From the NCBI GenBank assembly GCA_003221595.1, contig QHSM01000014.1, forward strand, positions 1-50,183: a stretch of DNA of 50,183 nucleotides, read 5' to 3'. Positions within the stretch are counted from its first letter, which is position 1; each line of letters opens with the position of its first letter. This DNA comes from Candidatus Rokuibacteriota bacterium (GTDB lineage Bacteria; Methylomirabilota; Methylomirabilia; Rokubacteriales; CSP1-6). The notes under the pieces were generated by a model. It saw nothing but the letters and a program-made list of their open reading frames with translations. It was not told where the DNA came from and ran no database searches. The translations under genes were made by a program, and so were the position numbers. Shown piece by piece: positions 24,410-33,413 of the stretch.

Positions 24410-25240
24410 TCAGCGACCGAGCGCCGGGACGGTCCGGCGCTCGTCGACGGGCCGGCGCGTCGGCGTCGGCGCCGCGGGCGCCAGGCGCGTGTACCGGCTG
24501 CGCAGGCTGTCGAAGGCGCGCGAGTGCCACACGCCTTGACGATGCAGGCCGTAGCGCGCCACCAGCGAGAGGATGCGCAGACCGTAGACCGTCGAGTCGG
24601 TGAAGCTCGCGGAGGAGGCCTCCGGGAAATACCGCGTCGGTACCGCGATCTCCGCGATCCGGTAGCCCGACGCGACGACCTGCGCAACGATCTCCTGGTC
24701 GAAGATGAAGCCGTCCGAGTTCAGGGCCAGGTTGACGGTCTCCAGCACTTCGCGGCGGAAGGCGCGATAACCCGTGTGATACTCGGACAGCGACAGGCCG
24801 AACATCCGATTTTCGAGGCTCGTGAGGAAGCGGTTCGAGAAATACTTCCACCAGGGCATCCCCTGGGCCAGCGCCGAACCGCTCTTGAGTCGCGAGCCGA
24901 AGACGACGTCGGCCTCCCCACGGACGATCGGTTCAACGATCTGCGGAACCAGCCGCGGGTCGTACTGGTAGTCGGGGTGCACCATCACCACGATGTCGGC
25001 CCCCGCCCGCAGCGCCTCCGCGTAGCACGTTTTCTGGTTCGCGCCGTAACCGTAGTTGCGGTTGTGGACGAAGATCTCGAGGCCGAGCTGCCGCGCAACT
25101 TCGAGCGTCCCATCGGTGGAACCGTCGTCCACGAGGATCACGAGGCTGACGGTGTCCTTCGGCAGCTCCTCGTATGTCATGCGGAGCGTGCGCCCCGCGT
25201 TGTACGCCGGCATCACGACGACGACCTTGTCGTTTTGCAT
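24410..25240 (-). CDS. Family 2 glycosyltransferase (dolichol/polyprenol-phosphate sugar synthase-like)
   Basis: 276 aa. VVMPAYNAG, ILVDDGSTDGT, MVHPDYQYD. Confidence 0.85.
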   Translation of the reverse strand: MQNDKVVVVMPAYNAGRTLRMTYEELPKDTVSLVILVDDGSTDGTLEVARQLGLEIFVHNRNYGYGANQKTCYAEALRAGADIVVMVHPDYQYDPRLVPQIVEPIVRGEADVVFGSRLKSGSALAQGMPWWKYFSNRFLTSLENRMFGLSLSEYHTGYRAFRREVLETVNLALNSDGFIFDQEIVAQVVASGYRIAEIAVPTRYFPEASSASFTDSTVYGLRILSLVARYGLHRQGVWHSRAFDSLRSRYTRLAPAAPTPTRRPVDERRTVPALGR

Positions 25241-25394
25241 GGCGCCTCGCTATTGCACCGTCGATGCCAGATCGTCGGCCGTCGAGATCTCGCGCACTTG
25301 GAACGCGCGGCGAGATATCCGGATTTTCCGGCGACAAAAATTCGTCCCGGGGAGTGACCAGAAGTGTCATCAGCTTGCTGAGTCGCCGATAATG

Positions 25395-25427
25395 CTCTCG
25401 AGAGAGAATGGTCTCGAGAGAGTGAAT
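25395..25427. promoter_or_regulatory. Tandem palindrome-containing repeats (candidate operator) directly upstream of the acyl-CoA dehydrogenase start
   Basis: TCTCGAGAGAG occurs twice, at 25396-25406 and 25412-25422, 16 bp apart. The first copy sits in the 10-bp palindrome CTCTCGAGAG and the second in TCTCGAGA. They lie between a GATAAT box (25388-25393) and ATG 25433. Confidence 0.4.
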
Positions 25428-25432
25428 CGGCG

Positions 25433-26581
25433 ATGCGCGACGATTTCTACCTGACCGACGAGCAGCGCGCCATGCGGGATCTCGTCCGCGCGGTCGCGCG
25501 CGATCGGATCGCCCCTCAGGCCGCCCACGTCGACGAGACCGAAGCCTACCCCGCCGAGCAGATCGAGCTCCTGGGCAAGCAGGGTCTGATGGGTCTCTAC
25601 ATTCCGGAGGCCTACGGCGGGAGCGCGATGGGAACCCTCGCGTTCTGCATCGCCGTCGAGGAAATCGCGTGGGCGTGCGCGTCTACCGCCGTCGTCTACC
25701 TCGTTCAGTACGCGGGCGGCTGGCCGATCGTGGCGGCCGGGAGCGAGGCGCAGAAGCGCCGCTATCTCCCGCGCCTGGCGTCGGGCGAGATCACCGCGGC
25801 CTTCTCGGTCTCGGAGCCGGGTGCCGGCTCCGACGCCGCCTCGATCTCGACCCTGGCGGTCCGCAAGGGCGACCGCTACGTGCTGAACGGCACGAAGCTC
25901 TGGGTGAGCAACGGGAGCCAGGCGAAGGTCATCACGCTCTTCGCGACCGTCGACCGTGGGCGCGGCCGGCGGGGCGTGACCGCCTTTCTGGTCGAGCCGA
26001 CGTTCCCCGGATTCTCCGTCGGCAAGCTCGAGCGGAAGATGGGGATCCGCGGTTCTCCGACCGTCGCCCTCCATCTGACCGACTGCGAGGTTCCCGTCGA
26101 GAACCGCCTGGGCGAGGAGGGGGAGGGCTTCAAGATCGCGCTTCGCGTCCTCGACGGCTCCCGCCCCGCGGTGGGCGCCCAGGCGGTGGGCATCGGCCAG
26201 GCTGCCCTCGACGCGGCGGTGGCCTACGCGAAGGAGCGCCAGCAATTCGGTCAGCCGATCGCCTCCTTTCAGGGCCTCCAGTTCATGCTGGCCGACATGG
26301 CGATGCAGGTCCACGGCGCGCGGCTTCTCGTCCATCACGCGGCCTCGCTCCTCGATCGGGGGGCTTCCCCGACGGCCCTCGAGTCGTCGATGGCCAAGTG
26401 CTTTGCCGCCGACGCGGCCATGAAGGTCACGACCGACGCGGTCCAGATCTTCGGCGGGTACGGATACACGCGCGAGTACCCTGTAGAGCGCTTCATGCGG
26501 GACGCGAAGATCACACAGATCTTCGAGGGCACGAACCAGATCCAGCGCATCGTCATCGCCCGCGAGCTCACGGGCCGGTAA
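25433..26581 (+). CDS. Acyl-CoA dehydrogenase (short/medium-chain type, catalytic Glu in the C-terminal IFEGT motif)
   Basis: 382 aa. FSVSEPGAGSD, GxKxWVSNG-like LNGTKLWVSNG, and QIFEGTNQIQRIVIAREL. Confidence 0.9.
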   Translation: MRDDFYLTDEQRAMRDLVRAVARDRIAPQAAHVDETEAYPAEQIELLGKQGLMGLYIPEAYGGSAMGTLAFCIAVEEIAWACASTAVVYLVQYAGGWPIVAAGSEAQKRRYLPRLASGEITAAFSVSEPGAGSDAASISTLAVRKGDRYVLNGTKLWVSNGSQAKVITLFATVDRGRGRRGVTAFLVEPTFPGFSVGKLERKMGIRGSPTVALHLTDCEVPVENRLGEEGEGFKIALRVLDGSRPAVGAQAVGIGQAALDAAVAYAKERQQFGQPIASFQGLQFMLADMAMQVHGARLLVHHAASLLDRGASPTALESSMAKCFAADAAMKVTTDAVQIFGGYGYTREYPVERFMRDAKITQIFEGTNQIQRIVIARELTGR

Positions 26582-26649
26582 CGGCCCGGCTCCTCTCGCA
26601 GAGGCGGCACGGTTCCGGAAATTTGACGGCGGGGGACATCCTGGTGTTA

Positions 26650-26663
26650 GATGTCTAGACATC
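26650..26663. promoter_or_regulatory. HutC/GntR-type operator: 14-bp perfect palindrome with a GTCTAGAC core, overlapping a candidate promoter
   Basis: GATGTCTAGACATC at 26650-26663. The core is identical to the GT-N-TA-N-AC / DasR-type dre core. GACATCCTG is directly repeated at 26635-26643 and 26658-26666. Candidate TTGACG (26623-26628)-N18-TTAGAT (26647-26652). AGGAGG at 26672-26677 precedes GTG 26688. Confidence 0.6.
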
Positions 26664-26687
26664 CTGACAACAGGAGGTTCACCCGGC

Positions 26688-27413
26688 GTGAACTATCGTC
26701 CCGGAATTCCTCGGTATCTCCAGATCGCCGACGCCATCCGAGCCAACCTGCGCGACGAGGGCGAGCGGATTTCCTCCGAGCACGAGCTTTGTGCGCGCTT
26801 CAAGGTGAGCCGGCCGACGATCCGACAGGCCCTGGACGTCCTCGTCCAGGAAGGGCGGCTCTACCGGCATGCCGGCCGGGGGACGTTCGCGACGCCGGCG
26901 GCCGGGGGGGACCGCAAGCTCAGGGTCATCGGCTCGGTCGGGGACATGATGGCGCTCGGCGACGAGACCGGGTTCAAGTTCGTGTCACGCGGCGTCGTGC
27001 TCCTGCCGGCCAACATCGCCCGGGCGCTTCGTATGCCGCCGCGCTCCTCGGCCCACTGCATCACCTTCGTCCGGATCGCCGAGACCGGCCCCTTCCAGCA
27101 CGTGACCGCCTACATGCCGCTGTCGATCGGGGCCGCCGTGTCCGAGGAAGATCTGCAGAAGACTTCGCTGATCGGCGCCATCGAGCGGCATCTGGGCATG
27201 CCCATCAAGCTCATGGAGCAGGTCGTGGACGCGGCGCTCGCGCCGCGTCAGGTCGCCGAACTCTTACAAATACGCGCCCGCTCGCCCTTGCTCTTCTTCG
27301 AGCGCACCTACTTCGCGGCGAGCGGGGAGCCGGTCGAGTACACCAACACCTGGCAGACGAGCCGTCGATATCCCTATCGGATCGTCCTCTCGCGCTCGGA
27401 CCGGCGGAACTAG
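26688..27413 (+). CDS. GntR-family transcriptional regulator, HutC subfamily (wHTH plus UTRA)
   Basis: 241 aa. ISSEHELCARFKVSRPTIRQALDVLVQEGRLYRHAGRGTFA, followed by a C-terminal UTRA-like domain of about 150 aa. Confidence 0.9.
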   Translation: MNYRPGIPRYLQIADAIRANLRDEGERISSEHELCARFKVSRPTIRQALDVLVQEGRLYRHAGRGTFATPAAGGDRKLRVIGSVGDMMALGDETGFKFVSRGVVLLPANIARALRMPPRSSAHCITFVRIAETGPFQHVTAYMPLSIGAAVSEEDLQKTSLIGAIERHLGMPIKLMEQVVDAALAPRQVAELLQIRARSPLLFFERTYFAASGEPVEYTNTWQTSRRYPYRIVLSRSDRRN

Positions 27414-27422
27414 CGCCTGCTC

Positions 27423-29492
27423 ATGTCGTACCGGATCGGGTTCGACGTCGGCGGAACCTTCACCGACTTCGTGCTCCAGTCGCCGTCCGGTGAGCTGCGC
27501 GCCGCCAAGCGACTGACGACCTATCCGGATCCGTCCCAGGCGTGCCTGGCCGGCCTGGACGAGCTGATCGCGCAGAGCGGCGTGTCGTGGGCCGACGTGG
27601 CCCAGGCGATCCACGGCACCACGCTCGGCTCCAACATCGTCATCGAGCGCAAGGCGCGCGGCGTCGGGCTCCTCATGACGCGCGGCTTCCGCGACGTCCT
27701 CATCATCGGGCGCGAGCGGCGCTACCAGGTCTACGACCTCCAGATCGAGAAGCCGGCCCCGCTGATTCCGCGCCGGCTGATCGGCGAGGTGAGCGAGCGC
27801 GTTCTGGCCGACGGGTCGGTGCGAACGCCGCTCGAGGAGGCCGACGCCCGGCGGGTGATCCGTGAGCTGGTCGCCCGCGGGGTGACGACGCTCGCGGTGT
27901 GCCTGCTTCATTCATATCTGAATCCCGTTCACGAGCGGCGGCTGGCGGAGCTGGTCGCCGAGGAAGCGCCGCACGTCACGGTGACGCTGTCCCACGAGGT
28001 GGCGCCGACCTTTCGCGAATACGAGCGCGCGTCGACGACCGTCGTGAACGCCTATGTCATGACGGCCGTCGGGGAATATCTGCGCGGCCTCGCCGCCGCG
28101 ACCGCCCGCCGCGGCTACCGCGGGCGGCTGTTCGTGATGCAGTCCTCCGGGGGCGTGGCGACCGCCGAGGCCATGCAGCGGCATCCCGTCCGGATGATCG
28201 AGTCCGGCCCCGCCGCCGGCGCGCTGATGGCGGCGGCCTACGGCGAGCTCACCGGACACGGTGACCTCATCGCCTTCGACATGGGCGGGACCACCGCGAA
28301 GCTCGCGCTGATCGAGCAGGGGCGGCCCGCCACGACGACCGCGTTCGAGCTGCACCGCGTGCGGAATGCGCCCGGCAGCGGGCTGCCGATGAACATCCAG
28401 GCGATCGATCTCGTCGAGATCGGCGCGGGCGGCGGGTCGATCGCGCACGCCCGGCTCGGCGTCATCGCGGTCGGCCCGGAGAGTGCCTCGTCGACGCCGG
28501 GCCCCGTCTGCTACGGGCGAGGCGGCGTCGAGCCGACGGTGACGGACGCCGACGTCGTCCTCGGCTACATCAATCCGGACTACTTCGCCGGCGGCTCGAT
28601 GAGGCTGGAGGGCGGCGCGGCGGCGCGGGTGATCGAGGAGAAGATCGCGCGGCCGCTCGACCTGTCGCTCGAGGACGCGGCGTGGGGCATCCACGCGATC
28701 GTCAACACCAACATGGAGCTGGCCACGCGCATCGTGTCGATCGAGCGAGGCCGCGATCCCCGCGATCTCACCCTGGTCGCCTTCGGCGGCTCGGGCCCGG
28801 TCCACGGCTGCCGGCTCGCGCAGGCCCTCGGCATTCCCCGGGTGATTCTTCCGGCCTCCGCCGGCGTCACGGCGGCGATCGGGCTGCTCGCCGCCGAGGT
28901 GCGATTCGACGTCGCGCGAACCTTCGTCCGCCGGCTCGACGCCGTCGATCCCGATCACCTCACGACGATGTACACGGAGATGGCCGGGCAGGCGATCGAG
29001 GTCGTCCAGGAGTCGGCGGTCGCGGGGGAAGTGACGGTGGTGCGGTCGGCGGACGCGCGCTACGTCGGGCAGGGATACGAGGTCGCCGTGGCGGTCCCAG
29101 CCGGCCGTCTGGACACCGCCGCGCTCGCCCGGATGCGCGCGAGCTTCGACGACGTCTACGCCGCGCGGTACGGCTACGCGAGCCCCGAAGAGCCCGTCGA
29201 GGTCGTCACCTGGAAGCTCTCCGCCATCGGCGGCTCCCCACGGATCGCCCTGGCCAAGGCGGCCGCGCGCAGCGGCGAGGGAAGCCGCAAGGGCGCTCGC
29301 CGCGCTTACTTTCCGGAGACGCACGGCTACGCCGACACGCCCGTCTACGACCGGTACGCGCTGGCGCCGGGCACATCGCTCACCGGTCCGGCCATCGTCG
29401 AGGAGCGCGAGTCGACCACCGTGATTCCGCCGGGGGTGACGGCCACGGTGGACGAGTACGCGAACCTGCTCGCGGAGGTCGACCCGCGATGA
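27423..29492 (+). CDS. hyuA: Hydantoinase/oxoprolinase family A subunit (HyuA-like, ATP-dependent)
   Basis: 689 aa. Starts MSYRIGFDVGGTFTDFV, followed by AVCLLHSYLNPVHE and DMGGTTAK. Confidence 0.9.
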   Translation: MSYRIGFDVGGTFTDFVLQSPSGELRAAKRLTTYPDPSQACLAGLDELIAQSGVSWADVAQAIHGTTLGSNIVIERKARGVGLLMTRGFRDVLIIGRERRYQVYDLQIEKPAPLIPRRLIGEVSERVLADGSVRTPLEEADARRVIRELVARGVTTLAVCLLHSYLNPVHERRLAELVAEEAPHVTVTLSHEVAPTFREYERASTTVVNAYVMTAVGEYLRGLAAATARRGYRGRLFVMQSSGGVATAEAMQRHPVRMIESGPAAGALMAAAYGELTGHGDLIAFDMGGTTAKLALIEQGRPATTTAFELHRVRNAPGSGLPMNIQAIDLVEIGAGGGSIAHARLGVIAVGPESASSTPGPVCYGRGGVEPTVTDADVVLGYINPDYFAGGSMRLEGGAAARVIEEKIARPLDLSLEDAAWGIHAIVNTNMELATRIVSIERGRDPRDLTLVAFGGSGPVHGCRLAQALGIPRVILPASAGVTAAIGLLAAEVRFDVARTFVRRLDAVDPDHLTTMYTEMAGQAIEVVQESAVAGEVTVVRSADARYVGQGYEVAVAVPAGRLDTAALARMRASFDDVYAARYGYASPEEPVEVVTWKLSAIGGSPRIALAKAAARSGEGSRKGARRAYFPETHGYADTPVYDRYALAPGTSLTGPAIVEERESTTVIPPGVTATVDEYANLLAEVDPR

Positions 29493-30475
29493 GCGCACGG
29501 TCCGCGCTCGGCGTGGCGCTCGGGCTCCTGCTCGTTTCGGGCGCGGCCCAGGTAGGCGCCCAGCCGTCGGTGAAGATGGCCCGCATCGGCATCATCTCGG
29601 CCGGCGCGGATCCATCGCGGCCCGAGCCCCAGTGGTCGGCGTTCGTCGAAGTGCTGCGGGGACTGGGCTACGCGGAGGGCCGGAGCATCGTGATCGAGCG
29701 CCGCTTCGCCGCCGGCAAGTCCGAGCGACTCCGGGGCTTCGCTGCCGAGCTCGTCCGGCTCAACGTCGACGTCATCGTCGTGACCGGACCGCCTGAAGTC
29801 GAAGCGGCGCGCGGGGCGACGACGACGATTCCGATCGTCACGATCGAGGCGCCGGATCTGGTCGCCCGGGGGCTGGTCGCCAGCCTGGCGCGGCCGGGCG
29901 GCAATATCACGGGCCTGACGCTCGGCGCGCCCGGGGCCGGCGAGAAGTACGTGGAGCTGCTGCGCGAAGCGGTGCCGTCCGTCACGCGTATGGCGGTTCT
30001 CATCACCAGGCAGCCCGCTCCGGGCGTTCTCGAGGAGATGCGGGACAAGGCCAAGGCGCTGAACGTCGCGCTGCCGGCACCGACGTTCCTGCATGGTCCG
30101 GACGAATTCGACGCGGCGGTCGCCCGGGCGAAGCGTGACGGCGCGAGCGGCCTCATCTTTCCCAGCGCTGGCGTCACCGACCTCCATCGCCGACGTCTTG
30201 TAGGCCTCGCGGCGAAGTACCGGGTGCCGGCAATCTACACGCAGAGAGAGAGTGTCGAGGCTGGCGGGCTCATGGCGTACGGGCCAAGCCTCGTCGATTT
30301 GCATCGGCGGGCCGCCGCGTTCGTGGACAAGATTCTCAAAGGGGCCAAGCCGGCCGACTTGCCCATGGAGCAGCCGACGAAATTCGACCTGCTCCTCAAT
30401 CTCAGGACCGCCAAGGCGCTCGGCGTCGCGTTCCCGGCGACGCTGGTGGCTCGCGCCGATGAGGTCGTCCGGTGA
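29489..30475 (+). CDS. Periplasmic ABC-transporter substrate-binding protein, PF04392 (ABC_sub_bind)-like
   Basis: 328 aa. Signal peptide MSARSALGVALGLLLVSGAAQVGA. RIGIIS..., GLGYAEGRSIVIERRFA, VDVIVVTG, TIPIVT, SLARPGGNITG. ATGA overlap with hyuA and GTGA overlap with hyuB. Confidence 0.8.
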   Translation: MSARSALGVALGLLLVSGAAQVGAQPSVKMARIGIISAGADPSRPEPQWSAFVEVLRGLGYAEGRSIVIERRFAAGKSERLRGFAAELVRLNVDVIVVTGPPEVEAARGATTTIPIVTIEAPDLVARGLVASLARPGGNITGLTLGAPGAGEKYVELLREAVPSVTRMAVLITRQPAPGVLEEMRDKAKALNVALPAPTFLHGPDEFDAAVARAKRDGASGLIFPSAGVTDLHRRRLVGLAAKYRVPAIYTQRESVEAGGLMAYGPSLVDLHRRAAAFVDKILKGAKPADLPMEQPTKFDLLLNLRTAKALGVAFPATLVARADEVVR

Positions 30476-32211
30476 AGCCGGGGCGGACGCTCGATCCGAT
30501 CACCCTCGGCGTCGTCTGGGGCGCGCTCCAGTCGATCGCCGTCGAGATCGGGACCACCGTGCACCGGACGGCGTACTCCGAACAGGCGCGCGAAGGCCAG
30601 GACTTCTCGGTCGCGGTCTTCGATCCGGAGGGGCGCATGGTGGCCCAGGGCCCCTATTCGCCCGGCCACATGGGCGCGATGTCGTCGGCCGTCCGGAATG
30701 CGCTCGCGGCACATCCGCGCGAGACGCTGCGGCCGGGCGACGCCATCCTGCTCAACGATCCGCTCCTCGGCTCGGGGCATCTCCCCGACTTCTTCATCAC
30801 CCAGCCCGCGTTCCACCAGGGCGCGCTCGTGGGCTTCGCCGTGAACATCCTCCACCACACCGACGTCGGTGGGTCTCGGCCGGGCAGTCAGGGCGTCGAA
30901 GGGATCTTCGACTACTTCCAGGAAGGGCTTCGCATTCCGCCGACCAAGGTCTGGCAGGAGTACCGCGAGCAGGAGGGCATCGTCGCGATCATCGGGGCGA
31001 ACACGCGCACGCCCGACAAGGTCCTGGGCGACCTCCGCGCCCAGCGGAGCGCGCTACGCGTCGGCGAGCTCCGGCTCCAGGAGCTGGCGGCCCGCTACGG
31101 CCCGGACGTACTCCGCTCCGCCATGGACGAGATCGTCGCGCGGACCGAGGCGAGCATGCGGGCCGCCATCCGCGCGATCCCGGACGGCGTCTACCGGTTC
31201 GAGGACTTCCTGGACGACTATGGTCCGGGTACCGAGCCGCTCCGCGTCGCGGTCGCGGTGACGGTCGACGGAGACTCGATCCTCATCGACTATGATGGGT
31301 CGAGCCCTCAGACCGCGTCCGGCATGAATTCCTACATCAACTACACGCGCTCCTATTCCTACGCGGCGGTGAAGTGCCTGACCGACCCGCTGGGGCCGAT
31401 GAACGAGGGCGCCTTGCGGCCGATCACCGTGAAGGCGCCGGCGGGCTCGTTCCTCAATCCCCGGCCGCCCGCTGGCGGGGGACCGCGCGCGATCATCTGT
31501 TACCGGACCTTCGAGTCCGTGCTGGGGGCGCTCGCCCCGGCGCTCCCCGACCGCGTGAGCGCCGCCGCGTCGCACATGGCCAACCCGACCTTCGGCGGCT
31601 GGGACCGGGCTCGCCGCCGGCGATTCGTCGCCTACGAGCTCGTGCTTTCCGGGACCGGCGCCCGCGCGACCCGGGACGGCTGCGAGGCGATGGCATGGGC
31701 GTTCAACGCCTCCAACATTCCGGTGGAGGCGCAGGAGGCCAACCAGCCGATGATCGTCGAGCGCTTCGAGCTGATCGGCGATTCGGGAGGCGCCGGCCGG
31801 TACCGCGGCGGCTGCGGGATCCGCCGCGATCTGCGGTTTCTCGCGGACGAGGGAAAGCTGACGAATCTCTCCGACCGGCAACGGTTCGCGCCGTACGGTC
31901 TCGGCGGCGGCAAGCCGGGCCGGCTCGGCCGCACCGTGCTGAACCCGGGGCCGGCGGAGGAGCTCGTCCACGGCAAGGCGTCGCGCGAGTTCGCCTACGG
32001 GGACGTGATCTCGTTCCAGCAGTCGGGCGCCGGCGGCTACGGCAATCCACTCGCGCGCGACCCGCGCCGTGTTCTCGAGGACGTGCTCGACGACTACGTG
32101 TCCGTCGAGGCCGCGCGCCGCGAGTACGGCGTCGTCATCGTCGCGCGCGGCGCCGATCTGTCGATCGACGAGCCGGCCACGGACGAGCTGCGCCGGGCGC
32201 TTCGGTCGTGA
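30472..32211 (+). CDS. hyuB: Hydantoinase B/oxoprolinase family B subunit (HyuB-like)
   Basis: 579 aa. DPITLGVVWGALQSIAVEIGTTVHRTAYS, SGHLPD, and GGAGRYRGGCGIRRD near the C-terminus. Confidence 0.9.
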   Translation: MKPGRTLDPITLGVVWGALQSIAVEIGTTVHRTAYSEQAREGQDFSVAVFDPEGRMVAQGPYSPGHMGAMSSAVRNALAAHPRETLRPGDAILLNDPLLGSGHLPDFFITQPAFHQGALVGFAVNILHHTDVGGSRPGSQGVEGIFDYFQEGLRIPPTKVWQEYREQEGIVAIIGANTRTPDKVLGDLRAQRSALRVGELRLQELAARYGPDVLRSAMDEIVARTEASMRAAIRAIPDGVYRFEDFLDDYGPGTEPLRVAVAVTVDGDSILIDYDGSSPQTASGMNSYINYTRSYSYAAVKCLTDPLGPMNEGALRPITVKAPAGSFLNPRPPAGGGPRAIICYRTFESVLGALAPALPDRVSAAASHMANPTFGGWDRARRRRFVAYELVLSGTGARATRDGCEAMAWAFNASNIPVEAQEANQPMIVERFELIGDSGGAGRYRGGCGIRRDLRFLADEGKLTNLSDRQRFAPYGLGGGKPGRLGRTVLNPGPAEELVHGKASREFAYGDVISFQQSGAGGYGNPLARDPRRVLEDVLDDYVSVEAARREYGVVIVARGADLSIDEPATDELRRALRS

Positions 32212-33368
32212 TCACGTTCACCCCCGAGCAGGAGCAATTCCGAAAAGCGGTCGCCCGATTCGTCGACGCCGAGGTCGTGCCGGCGGCCGAGGCGATCGAC
32301 GAGCGCGCCGAGTTTCCGACGAAGCTCTTCAAGCGAATCGGCGAGCTCGGCTACCTCGGACTCCGGTATCCGGAGGCGTACGGGGGCGCCGGCGCCGACA
32401 TGGTGACGTACTGCCTCTTCGCCGAGGAGCTGGCGCGCGGCTCGCTGTCGGTGGCGGCGGCCGCCGCGATGCAGTCCTTGATGGGAACGCATTTCGTCTA
32501 CAAGCACGGCTCCGAGGATCTCCGCCGCCGCTACCTCGTGCCGGCCCTCCGGGGCGATCTGATCGCGACCTTCGCGCTGACGGAGCCGAACGCCGGCTCC
32601 GACGTCGCCGCCATCACCACGCGGGCGGAGCGGCGGGGAGATCGCTACGTGCTGCGCGGAACGAAGACGTGGGTGACCAGTGCGCCGGTCGCCGATCTCC
32701 TGACCGTGGCCGCGAAGACGTCGGACGAGCGGGGCATGAAGAACATCGCGCTCTTCCTGCTGGACCGGAGCACGATGCGCGGCATCACGCTCGGTAAGGC
32801 GATCGACAAGATGTCGGTACGCGCCTCGGTCACCGGCGAGATCCTCCTCGAGGACGTCGAGGTGCCCGTCGAGCATCTCCTGGGCGGCGAGACCGGCGGC
32901 GTCGAGAAGATCGGCGGGATCCTCTCGGAGATCCGCGTGATGACGGCGGCGATCTCGGTGGGGCTCGCCCGCGCGGCATACGGGGCGGCCGTCCGCTACG
33001 CGCGCGAGCGCGTCGCCTTCGGCAAGCCGATCGCCGAGCATCAGGCCATCGGGTTCAAGCTGGCCGACATGCTGACGTCGCTCCACGCGGCGCTCCTCAT
33101 GACGTACCAGGCGGCCGCCCGGCTCGACGCCGGCCGCGTCGTCACGCGCGAGGCCGCCATGACGAAGCTCTTCGCCTCGGAGACGGCGGTGCGGATCACC
33201 GACGAGGCGGCCCGGATCTTCGCGTCGTACGGCCTGGCCAACGAGTATCCGGTCCAGCGGTATTTCCGGGACGCGCGATTCCTCTTGCCCGGCGGCGGCA
33301 CCTCCGAGATCCTGCGCGTCATCATCGGTCGCGATCTCGACTGGGACCGCGGCGCGGCGTTCGACTGA
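32208..33368 (+). CDS. Acyl-CoA dehydrogenase, isovaleryl-CoA-dehydrogenase-type catalytic-base arrangement
   Basis: 386 aa. FALTEPNAGSD, GTKTWVTSA. The C-terminal motif is LLPGGGTSEILRVIIGRDL, with Gly where MCAD-type enzymes have the catalytic Glu. A Glu is present in ILSEIRVMTAA, aligned by eye to IVD LDLERLVLA. GTGA overlap with hyuB. Confidence 0.85.
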   Translation: MITFTPEQEQFRKAVARFVDAEVVPAAEAIDERAEFPTKLFKRIGELGYLGLRYPEAYGGAGADMVTYCLFAEELARGSLSVAAAAAMQSLMGTHFVYKHGSEDLRRRYLVPALRGDLIATFALTEPNAGSDVAAITTRAERRGDRYVLRGTKTWVTSAPVADLLTVAAKTSDERGMKNIALFLLDRSTMRGITLGKAIDKMSVRASVTGEILLEDVEVPVEHLLGGETGGVEKIGGILSEIRVMTAAISVGLARAAYGAAVRYARERVAFGKPIAEHQAIGFKLADMLTSLHAALLMTYQAAARLDAGRVVTREAAMTKLFASETAVRITDEAARIFASYGLANEYPVQRYFRDARFLLPGGGTSEILRVIIGRDLDWDRGAAFD

Positions 33369-33413
33369 CGGCGAGACGCCGGTCCAGAGGAACGAGACCG
33401 GAGGAGAGGGGCG

